The notes under the pieces were generated by a model that saw nothing but the letters and a program-made list of their open reading frames with translations, did no database searches and was not told where the DNA came from. This document shows positions 23,303 to 33,823 of a stretch of 64,000 nucleotides of DNA, piece after piece. How positions within the stretch are numbered: the stretch's first letter is position 1; each line of letters opens with the position of its first letter. The stretch comes from Gammaproteobacteria bacterium (GTDB lineage: Bacteria > Pseudomonadota > Gammaproteobacteria > UBA4575), in contig CBDCTA010000022.1 in the NCBI GenBank assembly GCA_965221955.1, positions 1 to 64,000 on the forward strand, written 5' to 3'. Made by a program: the position numbers and the translations under genes.

Positions 23303-23438
23303 TGAGTACATAGATGTACTAGCACTGGAAATTCAGGATGGAAGATTTACAGTGAGTCCGAATAAGAGTTGCAACAAGGAAGTTGCTTTATATCAAAGAT
23401 TTCTCTATTTTAAATTGTATGCTTTATTAGACACCTCT

Positions 23439-23975
23439 TTAATTAAGCTTATCTTCCACCCCGATCGTGTGCGGCCGCCCACTAATTATATTCTCAACCA
23501 TACTACCTAAGGTTATCAACAAATCCTTTTCACTATACGTAAATCTCCTCGGCTCAGTATCTATTAAACAAAGTGTGCCAATATTTTTTCCTGTGGAACA
23601 CAAAACGTAACCGATATAAAACCGAACCCAAGGCTCACCAATCACGAGCGGATTGTCTGAGAAACGAAGATCTTGATACGTGTCTGGAATTTCAAAAATA
23701 CGTGAACTTTTAATACGAACGCCAGCATTAAGAATGGCATGCGCGCAAAAAGATGAAGCGCGAGGAGTTTCTGAGATTTCTAAACCTTGTACAGATTTAA
23801 ACCACTGTCGCTTTGCATCGACTAAGCTCACTAAACAAATGGGAATACTTAAATGCTGACAAGCAAAACGCGTTATGCAATCAAAACGTTCATCTGGCTG
23901 AGTATCGAGAATATTCAGCGAATACAATACTTGTAAACGCAGGAATTCATCTTTCGGAATAGGTGCAATTTGCAT
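23439..23975 (-). CDS. Stand-alone GAF domain protein
   Basis: LNILDTQPDERFD, SLVDAKRQWFKS, SFCAHAI, IGTLCLID. Confidence 0.85.
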   Translation of the reverse strand: MQIAPIPKDEFLRLQVLYSLNILDTQPDERFDCITRFACQHLSIPICLVSLVDAKRQWFKSVQGLEISETPRASSFCAHAILNAGVRIKSSRIFEIPDTYQDLRFSDNPLVIGEPWVRFYIGYVLCSTGKNIGTLCLIDTEPRRFTYSEKDLLITLGSMVENIISGRPHTIGVEDKLN

Positions 23976-24050
23976 CGGTTTATTCTATTCACAAGCAAAG
24001 CTCCTGTCTCATAACTATGCTCAAGGGAGTAAATTCAAAATAATTTATGG

Positions 24051-24111
24051 GTGAGCGCATGGATGCGCGAATATGAGTAACAACAGGGATGTTGTTACAG
24101 ATTAAAGTTAG
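24051..24111 (+). repeat. 61-bp double-hairpin element, forward copy L1
   Basis: GTGAGCGCATGGATGCGCGAATATGAG...ACAGATTAAAGTTAG; similar to copies at 39520 and 45729 and to the reverse copies. Confidence 0.85.
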
Positions 24112-24122
24112 GTGAGCTTGAT

Positions 24123-24152
24123 TATGTCTGCTTTCGGCCAATAGCGGTCATT
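24123..24152 (+). repeat. 30-bp palindromic cassette-boundary site (spacer TCGGCCAA)
   Basis: TATGTCTGCTT-TCGGCCAA-TAGCGGTCATT. Confidence 0.85.
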
Positions 24153-24179
24153 CAATATAATGAGCCAACAACGTAATAC

Positions 24180-24680
24180 TTAGTAAATGGGGATAAGCGC
24201 ATAGCCTTGTTTTTGATACCCAATTAACGACACAAAGGTATTACCCACAGGTTTGACCTCAGAAATAATTGTGTCATTGTCAATATTGAGCAGTCTTGCT
24301 GCTATTGAACACGATTCCATTTTTATTCCTGGTTTTTTACTAAATTTTACCAATAACTCTAAAACTTCCTCATGCGCCTCTTCTTCATCCAGTGCTAAAT
24401 CAGGTGACTCTGTGGTAATGAGTTTCATAACAGGGCCGTGAAAGGCAAAAACCATATCTGGTTTAACGTTCTGACGCTCGAGGTCATCATATGTTTCTTC
24501 GATTACTTTTAACATCAATAAAAGCTTTTTAGGATTACCGACAGTAACATCCCAAATCACTTTGCCTTCATTGATTTCACCTAATGCATCAGCATCTGAT
24601 GGTTTTTCAGCATTCACTAAACTTAATGTGAGAAGACTCAGGACACCAATAAAGATAATGATTCTATGTTTTGTATACAT
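24180..24680 (-). CDS. Secreted DsrE-family protein
   Basis: Signal peptide; VIWDV, VFAFHGP, ESCSIAA, VGNTFVSLIGYQKQGYALIP. Confidence 0.75.
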   Translation of the reverse strand: MYTKHRIIIFIGVLSLLTLSLVNAEKPSDADALGEINEGKVIWDVTVGNPKKLLLMLKVIEETYDDLERQNVKPDMVFAFHGPVMKLITTESPDLALDEEEAHEEVLELLVKFSKKPGIKMESCSIAARLLNIDNDTIISEVKPVGNTFVSLIGYQKQGYALIPIY

Positions 24681-24710
24681 AATTCTTACTCCTATTTTGA
24701 TATGTATATG

Positions 24711-24811
24711 AATGTCCGCTTAGATTCGTAAGCAGTTATTTTAAGTTTGTAAAACTTTGAATCCAATCAACTGAGTCCGATTTTATGTCTTTTCAGCCAT
24801 AAGCGGATGTT
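24711..24811 (+). repeat. Pair of degenerate cassette-boundary sites (24711-24740 and 24784-24811)
   Basis: AATGTCCGCTT-AGATTCGT-AAGCAGTTATT and TATGTC..TTT-TCAGCCAT-AAGCGGATGTT. Confidence 0.7.
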
Positions 24812-24864
24812 TGCATGTTTTTGTTGGATGATAAATGATATTTTCAGATATAGGATCTAAATAT

Positions 24865-25491
24865 ATGAGTGACAATTGTTGCCAAGGCGATATTAATGTT
24901 GCAGCTTTGAACAAGAAACAACGACGTATTTTAGTTATTGTACTTGTTATCAATGTAATAACATTTCTGATGATGATAACTGCTGCAAGAATAAGTGGTT
25001 CTTCATCTTTGCTGTCTGGTGCATTAGACAATTTCGGTGATGCAATGACGTATCTAATTAGTTTGTTTGTTGTTGGGGCAAGTGTCGCAGCCAAAGCCCG
25101 AGTAGCTTTGTTTAAAGGTTTATTGATCCTAGGGGCTGCTCTAGCTGTTGCCTTTGCGATTGTCTCACGATTGCTGCATCCTGATACACCTATATTTGAA
25201 TCAATGGGTATTGCTGCATTTCTAAATTTAGCGGCTAATTTACTATGTTTGTGGCTACTAACTCCTTATCGTAATGGTGATGTAAACATGGCCTCTGCAT
25301 GGGAGTGTTCACGTAATGATGTAAGTGAAGGACTAGCTGTTATTGTCGCGGCAATTGCGGTATGGATGTTTGAATCTGGTTGGCCAGATTTAGTGATTGC
25401 AATCAGCCTCTTGATTTTGTTTTCACGTTCAGCAGTTCATGTACTACGTAATGCATGGCAAGAACTTTATTCAACTACGATGCAGAACTAA
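24865..25491 (+). CDS. Cation diffusion facilitator-like transporter (short form)
   Basis: SSSLLSGALDNFGDA, WECSRND, WPDL; ATG 24865 after TAGGA. Confidence 0.8.
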   Translation: MSDNCCQGDINVAALNKKQRRILVIVLVINVITFLMMITAARISGSSSLLSGALDNFGDAMTYLISLFVVGASVAAKARVALFKGLLILGAALAVAFAIVSRLLHPDTPIFESMGIAAFLNLAANLLCLWLLTPYRNGDVNMASAWECSRNDVSEGLAVIVAAIAVWMFESGWPDLVIAISLLILFSRSAVHVLRNAWQELYSTTMQN

Positions 25492-25494
25492 CAT

Positions 25495-25617
25495 AATGTC
25501 CGCTTTGGGTCGTTAACGATCATTTTAGTAAACAAGATGTTAAATCAGAAGCAACTTCCATGTTGCAACTCGTATTCGCATATCCTGTGCTCACACTTTG
25601 GATCGGTAGCAGACATT
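25495..25617. repeat. Boundary site (25495-25524), reverse 61-bp-type element (~25540-25594) and half site (25596-25617)
   Basis: AATGTCCGCTT-TGGGTCGT-TAACGATCATT; reverse complement GTGAGCACAGGATATGCGAATACGAG...; CTT-TGGATCGG-TAGCAGACATT. Confidence 0.8.
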
Positions 25618-25673
25618 CTAATACAAGAAAAAATTTGAAAAAACATTCGCAGACTTGCGAATATAAAAAAGAA

Positions 25674-27017
25674 TCATTGATCCCCAAACACTGATTTCAA
25701 ACGATCTAGATACCCATCATCCTTGCCTTCTTCTTCATCAAGAATAGATTGCTCTGGTTCAACGGAGGCATTTTCACCTGACATATCTGTATCTAAAACA
25801 TCAGCATCTTCTAATCCAAAGTGGCTATCCAGTGTGGCTTCATCGTCCTCTATGGCCTTAGACAAAGTAGGTTGTACTCCACTGCCATTTGCTTTCTCTT
25901 TAACTGGCTCTTCGGATGGGAAGACTAGCTGATCACTGGTTTCACTAACACTTTTAACACCACCACCAAAATTGATTTGCCATTCAAGATTACCGCGAGA
26001 ATCAGCATTACTTAACGCATCATCAAGAGAAATTCTTTCACTCTTATATAAATCATACAATGATTGGTCAAAGGTTTGCATTCCCGCCGCTGCACCTTTT
26101 TCCATAATCGCTTTTATTTCACCCACATCGCCACGTTTAATTAACTCAGAAATATAAGGCGTGTTAATCATTACTTCTACCGCAGGGACTCGGCCGCCAT
26201 CAACGCTAGGAATCAAACGTTGTGAAATAATGCCGCGCAAGTTCAAAGATAAATCCATTAAGATTTGTGATTTACCTTCAGGCGGGAAAAAATTAATGAT
26301 ACGATCTAATGCTTGGTTAGAGTTCACCGCGTGCAAAGTGGTTAAACAAAGATGACCAGTATCCGCATAGGTAATCGCCGCTTCCATGGTTTGCTTATCA
26401 CGCACCTCACCAATCATGATCAAGTCGGGTGCTTCACGCATGGCTTCACGAAGAGCATTTTCATACGAGAGTGTGTCTAAACCTACTTCGCGTTGACCAA
26501 TAATAGATTTCTTATGACTGAAGGCGTATTCGATAGGATCTTCAATAGTAAGTATATGTCCAGTTTGTTCAATGTTGCGATGCTCGATCATTGAAGCCAA
26601 TGAAGTCGATTTACCTGAACCTGTTGAACCAACAACAAGCACCAAACCATTTTTTTGCATCACCAATTTTTTAAGAATGGGTGGTAAACCCAAATCTTCT
26701 AATTCAGGAACATCACCTTTGATGTAACGAATTACCATAGAAATTTCGCCACGTTGATAATATACGTTGACACGGAAACGACCCGCGCCAGCAACTGAAA
26801 TACCAAGGTTCATTTCCTTAGTCATTTCAAATTCTCGAACTTGTTGCTCATCCATGATGCTGTAAGCGATTTTCTTCACAACACCTGGTTCTAGAATATT
26901 ACGACTTACACGGCGCGTAACACCCTCAACTTTCGTGCAAACGGGTGCACCTGTTGTAAAAAACAGGTCAGAAGCATTTTGCTCCACCATCAGTTTTAGA
27001 TATGGATCTATGTTCAT
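25674..27017 (-). CDS. PilT/PilU family ATPase (second PilU-like copy, acidic tail)
   Basis: GSTGSGKST, TIEDPIE, GEVRD, TGHLCLTTLH, GMQTFDQ. Confidence 0.9.
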   Translation of the reverse strand: MNIDPYLKLMVEQNASDLFFTTGAPVCTKVEGVTRRVSRNILEPGVVKKIAYSIMDEQQVREFEMTKEMNLGISVAGAGRFRVNVYYQRGEISMVIRYIKGDVPELEDLGLPPILKKLVMQKNGLVLVVGSTGSGKSTSLASMIEHRNIEQTGHILTIEDPIEYAFSHKKSIIGQREVGLDTLSYENALREAMREAPDLIMIGEVRDKQTMEAAITYADTGHLCLTTLHAVNSNQALDRIINFFPPEGKSQILMDLSLNLRGIISQRLIPSVDGGRVPAVEVMINTPYISELIKRGDVGEIKAIMEKGAAAGMQTFDQSLYDLYKSERISLDDALSNADSRGNLEWQINFGGGVKSVSETSDQLVFPSEEPVKEKANGSGVQPTLSKAIEDDEATLDSHFGLEDADVLDTDMSGENASVEPEQSILDEEEGKDDGYLDRLKSVFGDQ

Positions 27018-27034
27018 TTAGTCTATTTTATAAT

Positions 27035-28225
27035 TTAACCAAGGTTCGCGCGTTTAGCTGGTGCAATTAATCCTGCATCTTCGTCAGTCTCTTCAACCAT
27101 TAGACCATCGGTGCCATCTAATAAGTCTTGATCTTTAGATTCTTTGCTGTCGAGCTTCAAACGTAAACGTAGATCGTTAACCGAATCTGCATTACGTAAA
27201 CCATCCTCCATTGTAATTAAACCTGCTTCAATTAATTGGAATAGATGTTGATCAAAGGTTTGCATACCAAGCTCATTTGATTTTGCAATCAGCGCCTTCA
27301 TTTCATGCACTTGTCCTTTGAATATAAGGTCAGCCATCAAAGGAGTGTTTAACATCACTTCTACTGCAGGTACGCGCCCTTCTTCACCTTTAATGGGCAA
27401 TAATCGCTGCGAAATAACCGATTTCAAATTTAGGGAAAGATCCATTAACAATTGATCACGACGATCATCCGGGAAAAAGTTAATAATACGATCTAAGGCT
27501 TGGTTAGTACTGTTAGCATGCAGAGTGGACAAACATAAGTGGCCGGTTTCTGCAAAAGCGATTGCATGTTCCATAGTTTGACGATCACGGATCTCACCAA
27601 TCAAAATCACATCAGGAGCCTGTCGCAGAGTATTCTTCAAAGCAATATCATAATCCTCAGTATCTACACCCACTTCACGCTGTGTGATAATGCAATTTTT
27701 ATGTTTATGTACAAATTCGATTGGATCTTCAATTGTCACAATATGACCAAAACTATTTTCATTACGATAACCCACCATCGCTGCCAATGACGTAGATTTA
27801 CCACTGCCGGTACCTCCGACAAAAATAACTAAACCTCGTTTAGTCATTGAGATATCGCGCAATACAGGCGGCAACCTTAACGATTCAAACTTTGGTATTT
27901 CAGAATTAATTACACGCAATACCATGCCAGGACTGCCACGTTGCGCAAAAGCATTGACACGGAAGCGCGACACATTTGGTAGACTAATTGCGAAGTTACA
28001 TTCTTGGGTTTCTTCAAATTCGCGAGATTGTTTGTCGTTCATAATTGAACGTACCAAAACCTGAGCATGGCTAGCAGTTAATGGTTGATTAGTTACTGGC
28101 ACCATCTTGCCATCAATTTTCATCGATGGTGGCGCACCCACTGTAACGAATAAATCCGACCCACCTTTGGTAAGAAGGTTGCGTAATAGATCATGCATAA
28201 AGCTGATGGCCTTATCTCTATCCAT
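27035..28225 (-). CDS. pilU: Type IV pilus retraction ATPase PilU
   Basis: GGTGSGKST, TLRQAPDVILIGEIRD, HANSTNQALDRIINFF. Confidence 0.93.
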   Translation of the reverse strand: MDRDKAISFMHDLLRNLLTKGGSDLFVTVGAPPSMKIDGKMVPVTNQPLTASHAQVLVRSIMNDKQSREFEETQECNFAISLPNVSRFRVNAFAQRGSPGMVLRVINSEIPKFESLRLPPVLRDISMTKRGLVIFVGGTGSGKSTSLAAMVGYRNENSFGHIVTIEDPIEFVHKHKNCIITQREVGVDTEDYDIALKNTLRQAPDVILIGEIRDRQTMEHAIAFAETGHLCLSTLHANSTNQALDRIINFFPDDRRDQLLMDLSLNLKSVISQRLLPIKGEEGRVPAVEVMLNTPLMADLIFKGQVHEMKALIAKSNELGMQTFDQHLFQLIEAGLITMEDGLRNADSVNDLRLRLKLDSKESKDQDLLDGTDGLMVEETDEDAGLIAPAKRANLG

Positions 28226-28267
28226 AGTTTCTTCCTTTAACTACACTCTTTGCTAATCAATTAGTTT

Positions 28268-29302
28268 TTAAAAGTCTGCCTTATTTTCAGCCTTACGACG
28301 TGCTTCCTCGCGCGCAATTAATCCTTTCGCCAAAATCTCTTGTAGGTTTTGGTCCAATGTCTGCATACCTACATTGTTACCGGTTTGAATCGCTGAATAC
28401 ATTTGTGCAACCTTATCTTCGTTAATTAAGTTACGAATTGCAGGCGTTCCAATTAATATTTCATGCGCTGCTACACGACCTCCACCTATTTTTCGGCACA
28501 GTGTCTGCGATATAACCGCGCGTATTGAAGCCGCTAGCATCGAACGCACCATGTCTTTTTCTGCGCCCGGGAATACATCGATAATACGATCAATAGTTTT
28601 TGCTGCGGAGCTTGTATGTAAAGTGCCTAAAACTAAGTGGCCAGTTTCTGCAGCGGTGAGTGCAAGTCGAATGGTTTCTAAATCACGTAACTCACCAACA
28701 AGAATCGTGTCGGGATCTTCACGCAACGCAGAACGTAATGCTTCATTAAACCCTAATGTGTCACGGTGTACTTCACGTTGGTTAATTAAACTCTTTTTAC
28801 TTTCGTGAACGAATTCAATTGGGTCTTCAATGGTTAGAATATGGCTATATTCATTATCATTTTTGTGGTCTAGCATTGCAGCAAGCGTAGTTGATTTACC
28901 TGAACCCGTAGGCCCAGTAACAAGTACTAACCCACGTGGATAACTTGCAATTTCTGCAAAAATATTTGGGCAAGCTAAATCTTCAAGCGTGAGAATTTTG
29001 CTAGGTATGGTACGAAACACTGCACCTGCGCCACGGTTTTGAATAAACGCATTAACCCTAAAACGTGCTAAACCAGGAATCTCAAATGAAAAATCTGTTT
29101 CTAGAAATTCTTCGTAATCTTTTCGTTGTTTGTCGTTCATGATGTCATATACCATTTCATGAACTTGGCGATGTTCCATTGCAGGAACATTGATACGTCT
29201 TACATCACCATCGACACGTATCATCGGCGGCACACCTGCGGAAAGGTGTAAGTCTGAAGCGCCATTTTTAACGCTGAATGCAAGTAATTGCGAAATGTCC
29301 AC
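28268..29302 (-). CDS. pilT: Type IV pilus retraction ATPase PilT
   Basis: ASDLHLSAG, GPTGSGKSTT, AIRNLINE; divergent from yggS. Confidence 0.96.
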   Translation of the reverse strand: MDISQLLAFSVKNGASDLHLSAGVPPMIRVDGDVRRINVPAMEHRQVHEMVYDIMNDKQRKDYEEFLETDFSFEIPGLARFRVNAFIQNRGAGAVFRTIPSKILTLEDLACPNIFAEIASYPRGLVLVTGPTGSGKSTTLAAMLDHKNDNEYSHILTIEDPIEFVHESKKSLINQREVHRDTLGFNEALRSALREDPDTILVGELRDLETIRLALTAAETGHLVLGTLHTSSAAKTIDRIIDVFPGAEKDMVRSMLAASIRAVISQTLCRKIGGGRVAAHEILIGTPAIRNLINEDKVAQMYSAIQTGNNVGMQTLDQNLQEILAKGLIAREEARRKAENKADF

Positions 29303-29669
29303 GAATACTCCTTTATCTAGCTCGGTTGAACACGCGTGGCGTTATAGAAACTCCCTGTATAACGACCTATCATTAACCCAATCCATCTCAGTCAGTTAGA
29401 GGCAGAATGTTCCTTGAATAGAACCTGAGTTACGCATCTAATATTGCTAGTTTTGATCGAATAAGAGGAGACAGAGTTTGATTCTCGACAAGCCGCTAGA
29501 TTCATGCGACTAAATGGCCCGTGAGACCCATAGATTCAAAAAAACTGAGCAATATTGAGTTACTTATCGGCATATCACTTCTCGTCTGAAGCGTGTTAGA
29601 GCACCAAAAAATGAGACCAAAGTCACAACTAATAGGCCTGCTCAATGCAGCAATTTAGCAATAAAAAAT

Positions 29670-30362
29670 ATGATTGAAACTTCACAAATCGGGGCTAATT
29701 TAGAATACACGCTAAAAGCTATACGTGAGCTTGAAATAAAGTATCAGCGCCCAATAAATAGTGTACAGTTACTTGCAGTAAGCAAAACCAAACCAGTTAA
29801 AAGCATCCTAGAGGCTCATCAATTTGGGCAAATGCATTTCGGTGAAAACTATTTGCAAGAAGCTATTGAAAAAATTCATGCACTTGCTGACAAACATTTA
29901 CACTGGCATTTCATTGGACCAATCCAGAAAAATAAAACTCGTTTGATTGCAGAACATTTTGACTGGGTACATAGTATTGATCGCCCTGTTATCGCACAAC
30001 GATTAAGTAATCAACGACCCGACTCATTACCGCCGTTGCAAGCTTGTATACAAGTAAATATAGATAATGAAGATACAAAGTCAGGAGTCAATATCGATGA
30101 CATTCTGACTATGGCTGAAATGATAAGGAGTTTAAAACACATCAAATTGCGTGGATTAATGGCAATTCCTTTAGCAAGCAGCGATACTAAGCAACAACGA
30201 AAATCATTTGCAAAACTGCGCAAACAGCTAGAATTACTAAATCAAAATGACTTCGAACTGGATACGCTGTCGATGGGAATGAGCAGGGATCTTGAAGCAG
30301 CCATTGCTGAAGGTGCAACCATAGTGCGGGTGGGTACCGCTATATTTGGAAAACGAGGCTAA
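29670..30362 (+). CDS. yggS: PLP homeostasis protein
   Basis: LLAVSKTKP, FGENYLQE, LSMGMS, VRVGTAIFG. Confidence 0.95.
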   Translation: MIETSQIGANLEYTLKAIRELEIKYQRPINSVQLLAVSKTKPVKSILEAHQFGQMHFGENYLQEAIEKIHALADKHLHWHFIGPIQKNKTRLIAEHFDWVHSIDRPVIAQRLSNQRPDSLPPLQACIQVNIDNEDTKSGVNIDDILTMAEMIRSLKHIKLRGLMAIPLASSDTKQQRKSFAKLRKQLELLNQNDFELDTLSMGMSRDLEAAIAEGATIVRVGTAIFGKRG

Positions 30363-31208
30363 TTGAGTTTACATATGAGTCAAGCACAGCAAATCCTAAA
30401 TATCGTATTTATCGGTGGTGGCAACATGGGTCAAGCATTGGTAACAGGCTTGCTTGATAGTGCCTGGCCTGCTGACAATATTGCAATTGTGGATAACGAT
30501 CAGGCAATGCTTGCAAAACTAAACAAAAAATTTCCTCATTGTCATGTTTATTCACAATTCGAAGCGGCACTGAATCTTGCGGATGTTGTTGTTTTAGCAA
30601 TTAAACCTCAAGTGATGCAAACTGCTTGTGAACAAATTGCTGCAGTTTGCCAAATTAAACGCCCACTCATTATTTCTATTGCAGCAGGCATGCTGATTAA
30701 GAATATTGATACCTGGTTAGGTGGACAACTACCTATTATTCGCTGCATGCCCAACACCCCTGCGCTGGTGCAAGCCGGAGTGACAGGTATATATGCCAGC
30801 ACCGAAGTATCTGCTGAGCAAAAAGAAATCGCCAATCAAATTCTAAGCAGTGTTGGCGCGGTATGTTGGCTTGAAAATGAATCTTTGCTAGATGCTGTAA
30901 CCGCGGTGTCTGGCAGCGGCCCTGCATATTTTTTCTATTTGATAGAAGCGATGATGGAAGCTGGACAAAGTTTAGGTCTGAGCGAATCTCAAGCACGTGA
31001 GCTGACTGTCGCAACCGCAGCTGGTGCTGCAAAATTAATTGCTAAAAGTAGTAAAACACCTCAAGACCTACGTCTAGCCGTGACTTCAAAAGGAGGTACT
31101 ACTGAAGCGGCAATAAACTCTTTACAGCAAGAGAATATGAAAAAAATTATTCAAACTGCGATAAAAAAAGCAGCTGAAAAATCGCAACTTTTAGCCAATT
31201 GCGAGTAA
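30363..31208 (+). CDS. proC: Pyrroline-5-carboxylate reductase
   Basis: FIGGGNMG, RCMPNTP, SGSGPAY, VTSKGGTT. Confidence 0.96.
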   Translation: MSLHMSQAQQILNIVFIGGGNMGQALVTGLLDSAWPADNIAIVDNDQAMLAKLNKKFPHCHVYSQFEAALNLADVVVLAIKPQVMQTACEQIAAVCQIKRPLIISIAAGMLIKNIDTWLGGQLPIIRCMPNTPALVQAGVTGIYASTEVSAEQKEIANQILSSVGAVCWLENESLLDAVTAVSGSGPAYFFYLIEAMMEAGQSLGLSESQARELTVATAAGAAKLIAKSSKTPQDLRLAVTSKGGTTEAAINSLQQENMKKIIQTAIKKAAEKSQLLANCE

Positions 31209-31245
31209 ACATACAATAAAAATATTTATTCAGAGTTAATTCAAC

Positions 31246-31797
31246 ATGAATCCAGTCAATAATGTTCTAGATTTTTTAATACACGTTTTATTTACCATGT
31301 ATATCTACGCAGTCATAGTTCGGATGCTGCTAGGCCTCACACGTGCTGATTTTTATAACCCTTTTTCACAATTTATCTTAACGGTTACTAATCCTGTTCT
31401 GACTCCACTACGAAAATTCATTCCCAGCATAGGTGGAATTGATACTTCAGCAATACTTTTAATTTTAGTGCTTAAATTTGTTGAGTTAGTACTGCGCAAT
31501 TTATTAATAGGTAAACAAATATTTTTAGGCTCTCTTATTGTTCCTGCGATTATCGCTGTACTCCACCAAGTACTGAATATATTTATTTTTGCAATTATTC
31601 TTTTAGTCATTATTAGTTGGGTTGCCCCTCATATGCATGGACAAAGTAATCCTATCACACCTATTTTGCGCTCTATCAGCGAGCCCTTAATACGACCAGC
31701 GCGCAAACTAATTCCACCTGTAGGAATTTTTGATCTTTCTACTTTTGTGGTATTGCTGGGTCTGTATTGTATTAAAATATTTTTACACTCTTTATAA
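31246..31797 (+). CDS. yggT: YggT family membrane protein
   Basis: RADFYNPFSQF, two YGGT-like halves, synteny. Confidence 0.9.
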   Translation: MNPVNNVLDFLIHVLFTMYIYAVIVRMLLGLTRADFYNPFSQFILTVTNPVLTPLRKFIPSIGGIDTSAILLILVLKFVELVLRNLLIGKQIFLGSLIVPAIIAVLHQVLNIFIFAIILLVIISWVAPHMHGQSNPITPILRSISEPLIRPARKLIPPVGIFDLSTFVVLLGLYCIKIFLHSL

Positions 31798-31864
31798 AAG
31801 ATTGCTTGTAGTGCAAGCGATCATTACACTGCAAGACTAGTAGATATAACTAATAACTTAATAC

Positions 31865-33001
31865 GTGCCAGACACACTTCCTGCAGATTCTGTTGGTCTC
31901 GTAGAGACCCAATTTTTAACTTTCAAGCAACCTTTAGAACTTGATTGCGGGCGCGCATTACCTGAATTTACACTCGCCTATGAATCCTATGGAACACTAA
32001 ATGCAGACAAAAGTAACGCACTTTTAATTTGCCATGCGCTTTCAGGAGACCAACATGTAGCTGGCTACAATAGCATGGAAGATCGTAAGCCAGGCTGGTG
32101 GGATAATTGCATTGGCCCTGGCAAGCCTTTCGATACTAATCGTTTTTTTATTGTCTGCCCAAATAATCTGGGCGGTTGCAAAGGCAGCAGTGGCCCTAAC
32201 ACGATCAATCCAAAAACAGGTAAGCCTTATGGCCCAGACTTTCCATTAGTCACTGTACATGATTGGGTGGTTAGCCAAGGACGCCTCGCTGACTCACTAG
32301 GTATACAACAATGGGCCGCAGTAATTGGTGGCAGTCTTGGTGGCATGCAAGTCATGCAGTGGGCTATTGATTACCCTGAAAGATTACGTCATGCCTTAGT
32401 AATTGCTGCTACACCAAAGCTAACCGCACAAAATATTGCCTTTAACGAAGTCGCTCGTCAGGCAATTTTTTCTGATCCGGATTTTCATGAGGGTCGTTTT
32501 TATGAGCACGATACCATTCCTCGCCAAGGCTTAATGCTTGCACGTATGCTTGGGCACATTACTTATTTATCTGATGATGCAATGCGAGAAAAATTTGGTC
32601 GTGATTTGCGCGAAGGTAAACTGAACTTCGGTTTTGATGTTGAATTTCAAGTCGAGAGTTACTTACGTTATCAAGGTAAATCTTTTGTTAATCGTTTTGA
32701 TGCCAATACTTATTTACTCATGACAAAAGTGCTTGATTATTTTGATCCTGCATTACAATTTGATCACGATTTATCACAAGCATTTATAAATACAGATGCA
32801 AATTTTTTAGTCATTTCCTTTACAGGTGACTGGAGGTTTACACCTGCACGTTCGCGTGAAATTGTGCGCGCACTCATTGCTGCAAACAAAAAGGTAAGCT
32901 ATGCAGAAATTGGAGCAGAACTAGGACACGATGCTTTTCTTACCTCTATCCCCGAATACCATAGCGTGTTACGTGCTTATATGGACAAAATTAATATCTA
33001 A
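31865..33001 (+). CDS. metX: Homoserine O-acyltransferase MetX
   Basis: [20 protein letters not shown]. Confidence 0.95.
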   Translation: MPDTLPADSVGLVETQFLTFKQPLELDCGRALPEFTLAYESYGTLNADKSNALLICHALSGDQHVAGYNSMEDRKPGWWDNCIGPGKPFDTNRFFIVCPNNLGGCKGSSGPNTINPKTGKPYGPDFPLVTVHDWVVSQGRLADSLGIQQWAAVIGGSLGGMQVMQWAIDYPERLRHALVIAATPKLTAQNIAFNEVARQAIFSDPDFHEGRFYEHDTIPRQGLMLARMLGHITYLSDDAMREKFGRDLREGKLNFGFDVEFQVESYLRYQGKSFVNRFDANTYLLMTKVLDYFDPALQFDHDLSQAFINTDANFLVISFTGDWRFTPARSREIVRALIAANKKVSYAEIGAELGHDAFLTSIPEYHSVLRAYMDKINI

Positions 33002-33012
33002 AAGATACAAGC

Positions 33013-33639
33013 ATGAAAACATCTTCAACAGAACATTTAAGGCCCGATTTAGAACTGATATGTGAATGGATTAAACCCAACACACGTATTCTAGATTTAG
33101 GTTGTGGTGACGGTGCGTTGCTAAACCACTTACACAAAACACGCAATGTTTCTGGTTATGGACTAGAAATTGATCCAACAAACATCGTGCAATGTGTTTC
33201 AAAAGATGTGGATGTAATTCAAACCAACTTAGACGAAGGTATCACAGAATTTTTTGATGAGAATTCTTTTGACTATGTAGTAATGACACAAACCTTGCAA
33301 GCGATTCAACATCCAGAAAAACTATTAAGTGAAATGATGCGAATTGGTAAAGAAGGTATTGTCACTTTCCCAAACATGGCGTACTGGAAAAATCGCTTGC
33401 AATTAGCGTTGGGAGGACACATGCCCGTCACACGAACTTTGCCAAGTTCATGGTATGACACACCGAACATTCATTTATGTTCGTTACTGGATTTTGAGCA
33501 GCTATGCCAGGAAAATAGTATAAATATTATACAAAGAGCGATGGTTGATCATGCCCATCGCTATAGCGTGCGTTCCAAATTATTTCCCAATTTGCTTGGC
33601 GAAATTGCACTCTATCGTTTTAGTAAAAATTCAGCCTAA
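33013..33639 (+). CDS. metW: Methionine biosynthesis protein MetW
   Basis: LDLGCGDG, WYDTPNIHLC; follows metX. Confidence 0.93.
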   Translation: MKTSSTEHLRPDLELICEWIKPNTRILDLGCGDGALLNHLHKTRNVSGYGLEIDPTNIVQCVSKDVDVIQTNLDEGITEFFDENSFDYVVMTQTLQAIQHPEKLLSEMMRIGKEGIVTFPNMAYWKNRLQLALGGHMPVTRTLPSSWYDTPNIHLCSLLDFEQLCQENSINIIQRAMVDHAHRYSVRSKLFPNLLGEIALYRFSKNSA

Positions 33640-33823
33640 ACTCATTTTGGAACAAGTCTAATCGTAGATTTAGTTAGATAAGTTTCGTTTAGCATTCAAA
33701 ATAGTGGAAAAAGTGCTATGTTCCTCGCATTTTTTCCAACATTACTATTGTAATTTTTTTCATAGTGTTTGATCATACTGCCGCACTTAATTACTGTTCA
33801 TTATCGATTTAGAGGAATTATGC

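Noticed and set aside
23439-23975. GAF gene as part of the cassette array
   Set aside because: It lies outside the forward 61-bp element, and I found no boundary site at its 3' end.
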